Assembly: GCA_964016885.1 (NCBI GenBank)
Contig: OZ024747.1
Coordinates: 44,268,001 to 44,332,000 of the forward strand
From: Eledone cirrhosa
Taxonomy: Eukaryota
Direction: 5' to 3'
DNA length: 64,000 nucleotides
The notes under the pieces were generated by a model. That model had not been told where the DNA came from, made no database searches, and saw only the letters and a program-made list of their open reading frames with translations. Shown here piece by piece: positions 58,478 through 64,000 of this stretch. Numbering within the stretch: position 1 is the stretch's first letter; each line of letters begins with the position of its first letter. A program made the position numbers and the translations under genes.

Positions 58478-59080
58478 TGGTGGCTGCCAACTCGTTTTCG
58501 AGTACGGCCACTACTTTATATCCATGTAGGAGAACCCCCACTGATGCGCTGAACGAGTGTGACTTTTTAGTCTAGCCAGCGACTTGAAAGCTCTGGTACA
58601 AACACTACACTTGTGACAATTATTGACACATAGTGCTGGGCCCATGGCACCATGCGACGACAAACGCAGAGAGATCTCCAGATATAAAGCAATGCCTGTG
58701 CCGTGAAGCTTTTATAGTGAGCAAAGGCACTGCACAAAGCCAGTCCCACTCTCTTAACCAAGATGATATTTACCAAAAAGAAGAACAAGTCAACATCATT
58801 GGATACCATCAGGGTTGCAGGTGTTATATCAGAGTTTTCCTTCTCCTAGAATTCTGCCTTGACAAAGGCTAAGGGGTCATCTCTCCCGGTGATTTTGGAT
58901 GGCCATTGACTCTTAAGAGCTCCTTTGCCTTTTGACAGGTTTTGTTTTTAGTCCTGCAGGATGTCCAAAGTCACCCTCCAAGAAACCTTGGTGGGGTTGC
59001 CAGTTTAGTCGCCAACGACCCGACCATGGGACAGGTTGTACTGGAATACATGTTACCAGTAGCACCAACTGGTGACCTGA
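58478..59080. mobile_element. Unclassified ~600-bp GC-richer island in the array, probably a retroelement fragment
   Basis: Abrupt composition shift with microsatellite on both sides; no protein motif recognised. Confidence 0.35.
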
Positions 59081-59091
59081 CATATATATAC

Positions 59092-59124
<33 letters not shown>

Positions 59125-59125
59125 C

Positions 59126-59260
<135 letters not shown>

Positions 59261-59265
59261 CATAC

Positions 59266-59326
<61 letters not shown>

Positions 59327-59581
59327 CATACATACATACATATATATACATACATACATACATATATATACATACATACATATATATATATATATACATA
59401 CATATACATACATACATATATATATATATATACATACATACATACATACATATATATATATACATACATACATACATATATATACATACATAATACATAC
59501 ATATATATATACATACATACATATATATATATACATACATACATATATATATATACATACATACATATATATATATATACA

Positions 59582-59613
<32 letters not shown>

Positions 59614-59878
59614 CATACATATATATACATACATACATATATATATATATATACATACATACATATATATATACATACATACATATATATATATATATAC
59701 ATACATACATATATATATACATACATACATATATATATATACATACATACATATATATATATACATACATATATATATATACATACATACATACATATAT
59801 ACATACATACATATATATATACATACATATATATATATATATATATACATACATACATACATATATATATATATATAC

Positions 59879-59911
<33 letters not shown>

Positions 59912-60260
59912 CATACATACATATATATACATAGATATATATATACATAGATATATATATACATATATATACGTACATACATATATATATATATACATAC
60001 GTACATACATACATATATATACATACACATATATATATATATATATATACATACACACATATATATATATATATACATACACATATATATATATATATAC
60101 ATACACATATATATATATATATACATACACATATATATATATATATACATACACATATATATATATATATATATACATACACATATATATATATATATAT
60201 ATACATACACATATATATATATACATATATACATACACATATATATATATACATATATAC

Positions 60261-60299
<39 letters not shown>

Positions 60300-60394
60300 C
60301 ACATACATACATACATATATATACATACATACATATAGATACATACATACATATACATACATATACATACATACATATACATACATACATATAT

Positions 60395-60456
<62 letters not shown>

Positions 60457-60467
60457 ATATACATACA

Positions 60468-60667
60468 NNNNNNNNNNNNNNNNNNNNNNNNNNNNNNNNN
60501 NNNNNNNNNNNNNNNNNNNNNNNNNNNNNNNNNNNNNNNNNNNNNNNNNNNNNNNNNNNNNNNNNNNNNNNNNNNNNNNNNNNNNNNNNNNNNNNNNNNN
60601 NNNNNNNNNNNNNNNNNNNNNNNNNNNNNNNNNNNNNNNNNNNNNNNNNNNNNNNNNNNNNNNNNNN
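60468..60667. other. Assembly gap (200 N)
   Basis: Run of N. Confidence 1.
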
Positions 60668-61042
60668 AATTCTATGTGATATTGATGTAAATATAGGAAT
60701 TCATCATATTTCTTCCAATATGTATTTTATTCAGATCACTGAGCATTGGATAAAATAATAAACATCAGATCCTTTCCAGAGAGAAAAAAAAAAATCTGGT
60801 ATTATATCCACTTTTACAAACAGATTTTTTATTAGTTTACTCCGTAATTTACTAAATTATAGTAATAAAGATTTAGACAAGAAAATGTAGCCATTTTCAA
60901 TGCAATAAGAAAGAACAATTAACTGTAAATCCTTGTTTTTCTTTTGGTTTCTCCCCCTTCCCCCTATTAAAGTTGAAAACTTTAGCCTTGTCAACGAAGT
61001 CCTTTCATCGTTAGCATATCCCCTAGATAGTGAAAGTGTGTG

Positions 61043-61345
61043 TGTGGCTTAGCGGTTACGGTAATCGCTCACGATTGTAGGATTGTGAGTTCGACTCCTG
61101 GCAGCGCGTTGTGTCCTTGAGCAAGACACTGTATTTCACGTTGCTCCAGTCCACTCAGCTGGTAAAAATGGAGTTATACCTGTAATTCAAAGGGCCAGTC
61201 TTGTCAAACTTGCGTCATGCTGAGAGAACTACGTTTGGTCACGAGTCTGTGGAATGCTCAGCCACTTGCACGTTAATTTTTAGAGCAGGCTGTTCCGTTG
61301 GGCGATCGTCTGGCGACACTCGTCGTCGGAAGTGACGGAGGTCCA
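61043..61345 (+). mobile_element. CORE-type SINE with a different 3' body
   Basis: tggcttagcggtta...gagttcgactcc...gtgtccttgagcaagacactgtatttcacgttgctccagtccactcagctg. Confidence 0.8.
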
Positions 61346-62334
61346 ACAGCCTTCCCCAGACACCCAACACAAGATGACAGGTGTCTGGGAACGTTAAAAA
61401 AAGTCATTTTTTTTTTTCAGGTTGCTTTTAATGAAAGATATCATTAGTTTTTCAGTTGCTTGCCAAACAGATATATCCCCCCCCCCCCGAACTGTATATT
61501 GAGAGTGTGTACATGTGTTTACTGATGTTTTTCTTTTTTTCTTTTCTTTTCTTTCTTTTTTTTCTGTGGTAGTTGTGCATGTATACGTTAGTCATCCAAG
61601 TTAGCAGGTTGTTGTTGCTGGTGTTAAATAAAGAAGGTGGTTGTTGTTTTTTGTCGGTGGACTTAGTTAAATGTATGGTATGAATGAGGGAGGTACCTTT
61701 GGCATCTCTTGGCGTCTGCTGTCCTTTTGTCACTCCTCCTTCTCCACCCTCCTCCCTCTTTCACAGGATTTTCCTCCTCTCCCCCTTCTTATATTATTTA
61801 ACACCATACATAGGCTGGCCTCTCCTCTCCATTGGTAACAACTGTTGGCATTGAAACGATGTAGCGGTTCCTTAATAAGATATTCCCATGTAATGTAGTC
61901 GGTTTGCAGTGAGGTGTTTCTTTTCTCTATTACCACTGCCAGATTTTATCCAATCTAAAAGCGACAACCATTCCAGCAACTAAATATTCCTGCTATTACA
62001 ACCGTCTATTGTCAGACCGGTTTCTCCTCCATATTATATTATTATATGTAACTCAGTCGGCAATCTTTCCTACTGCTTTTGTGCGCCGCACTATACTGTT
62101 ATACTACTTCTCACACTCCCAGATAGATTTCCCTCCCTCCAAACAGGGAGTCATGGGAAGAAGAGTTTATTGGCTCCACTTAGTGTTGTTCCACTCATCT
62201 TTGATTCACCTGCTGCTACTGCTCTTACTGTTGTTGTTGTTAGTATTCACTAGGACTGTAGTAACAACACCACTGTACTCCACCCCTGCTGTCTATCTCT
62301 CTAGCCATGTCTGAAGTGTGTATTTGAAATCATT

Positions 62335-62492
62335 TCTGTGCCTGGTGACCGGCAGGCAGGCAGGTGATGGTGCCTCTTAATTCCAGATGTTGACCGCGGT
62401 GCCCGAGTGAGGTAAGTTTTGAATGGGGAAACTCCCACCGTTACCATCAAACATACACACACACACAGACAGAATCCCTTTTATTTATAGAT
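62335..62492 (-). mobile_element. Possible short non-autonomous Helitron-like repeat
   Basis: Minus strand starts aTCTATAAATAAAAGGG followed by (GT)n, as in many Helitron 5' ends; 3' CTRR end not clear. Confidence 0.3.
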
Positions 62493-62627
62493 ACACACAC
62501 ACACACATATAGAGATAGATATATACACACACGGGATTGCTAATACAATCTCTCATTCATGCAGCAGTGTCTAGTGCTGAACATCGTTCATATTTTACAG
62601 ATAGCTCGTTTATATACACACGCAATC

Positions 62628-62663
<36 letters not shown>

Positions 62664-63287
62664 TTCTATCGTACCTCAGTATTATTTTTAGGATTATTTA
62701 TCTATAATGATTTCACTACATGAAAAGAAGAAAATGTCTCTATTTCTGTACTGTTTTTAATTTCCAAGTTATTGTGAAAATTGTGAAATTTTCTTAATAT
62801 TTTTTTTCATTATCTCCGTCGATCAAATTAGTGTTTGCCATAAAAAAAAAAAAAAAAAAAAAAAAGTACCGTACACTTCCATATCTGTCTGACATGAATA
62901 ATTATATCCCTAGTGAACGTTTTGCTAACTTATCATTTTTCATAATAGTTTAAATTTTAATCGAAACTAGATAATGAAGTAATGTGTCAAGCTATTAGCT
63001 AAATACTAATGAATTAATGGTTGATATGTATAATAATTTTGTCGGATCGTGTATTGTGCTGACGGCTGTCGTTTTATCAGAGGGTTATCTCCCTTTACTT
63101 TGAAGCAGGTCGACATGGAAGAAGCTATTGAACAGAAATCATGCACAATGTAGACTTTAATAAAACTTCTTTTTTACACATAGCTTCCATATAGTCTTTC
63201 GCCTCTGCATATTGATTTATATTTCATTCGTCTGCGTCATTTTACGTCTTATTTTTTTTTTTCCACTATGATAGCTGGAAATACGTA

Positions 63288-63318
<31 letters not shown>

Positions 63319-63809
63319 TATATTATCTGTTACCTTTATGCAGGTAAATTCTGTGGGTGGTCGTCGTGTTATTGTATATATATTCTATTGAATCATTGAG
63401 AAGCAGTGGCAGGCATTGATTGAGCTGGTCTCATTACGACACTTTTTACGCATTTATTTAAAATCTCTTCTTTTTTCTTCCTCAACTCTCCCTATTTAAA
63501 GATTTCACCTTTATTTTTATTCTTTAGCTTCGGTCTATTGTATTTATATTAAATTAACTAAGCTACACACGCTAAACTTAGGGCTTCACCTCTGTTTTTG
63601 TTCATTTTCTTATCATTACTGTACATTCCATCAGACTGTTCGTCTCTCGTTAATAATATAGATAAATAAATATAGAAAAACATTACTAGATAATAACATA
63701 ACTAACTAATTAATAGTAATTATTACTTGTGTTTTATTGATTTTACTTGTCTCTTACTTGGATATATTAACTGATTATAAATTGTAAGATTAAATGACGT
63801 TTGTAATAG

Positions 63810-64000
63810 GTGTGTGTGTGTGTGTAATTATGCGTGCGTGTAGAGAGAGAGAGAAAGAGAGATTATATATATCGAGAGAGAGGAAAAGAAAGGTATATAT
63901 ATGTTATATATATATACATATATATCGAGATAGAAAGAGAAAGGTGTATATATATATATATATGTATATATATCGAGATAGAAAGAGAAAGGTGTATATA
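63810..64000. repeat. Compound microsatellite and ~45-50-bp tandem unit x3
   Basis: atatcgagatagaaagagaaaggtgtatata repeated. Confidence 0.9.

Noticed and set aside
62387-62417. Apparent + strand mini-exon (ccag|ATG...GAG|gtaagt)
   Set aside because: Lies within a probable repeat, with no partner exons on +

Overview
AT-rich, repeat-dominated eukaryotic (metazoan) DNA, mostly intronic or intergenic. The SINE repertoire and (TA)n/(TACA)n load resemble an octopus/cephalopod genome (inference; no search run). There are no prokaryotic operons and no CRISPR array. One convincing host exon lies on the - strand (9904-10135, charged coiled coil), with a possible chain of small exons upstream. The rest is a layered transposon landscape: CORE-type tRNA-derived SINEs, three RTE LINE relics, a full-length decayed mariner, a piggyBac relic with its TTAA MITEs, and a Tc1/mariner relic. 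A ~21 kb strand-polarised TA/TACA microsatellite array (39.7-60.5 kb, ending at an N gap) carries two near-identical, oppositely oriented CR1-group LINE copies, SINEs and other islands. The most notable signals are several minimal hammerhead-ribozyme motifs (canonical at 56229-56288 on -, and one inside a 344-bp palindrome at 33020-33363), pointing to Penelope-like or retrozyme-like elements. Nearly all long ORFs in the track are microsatellite artefacts.
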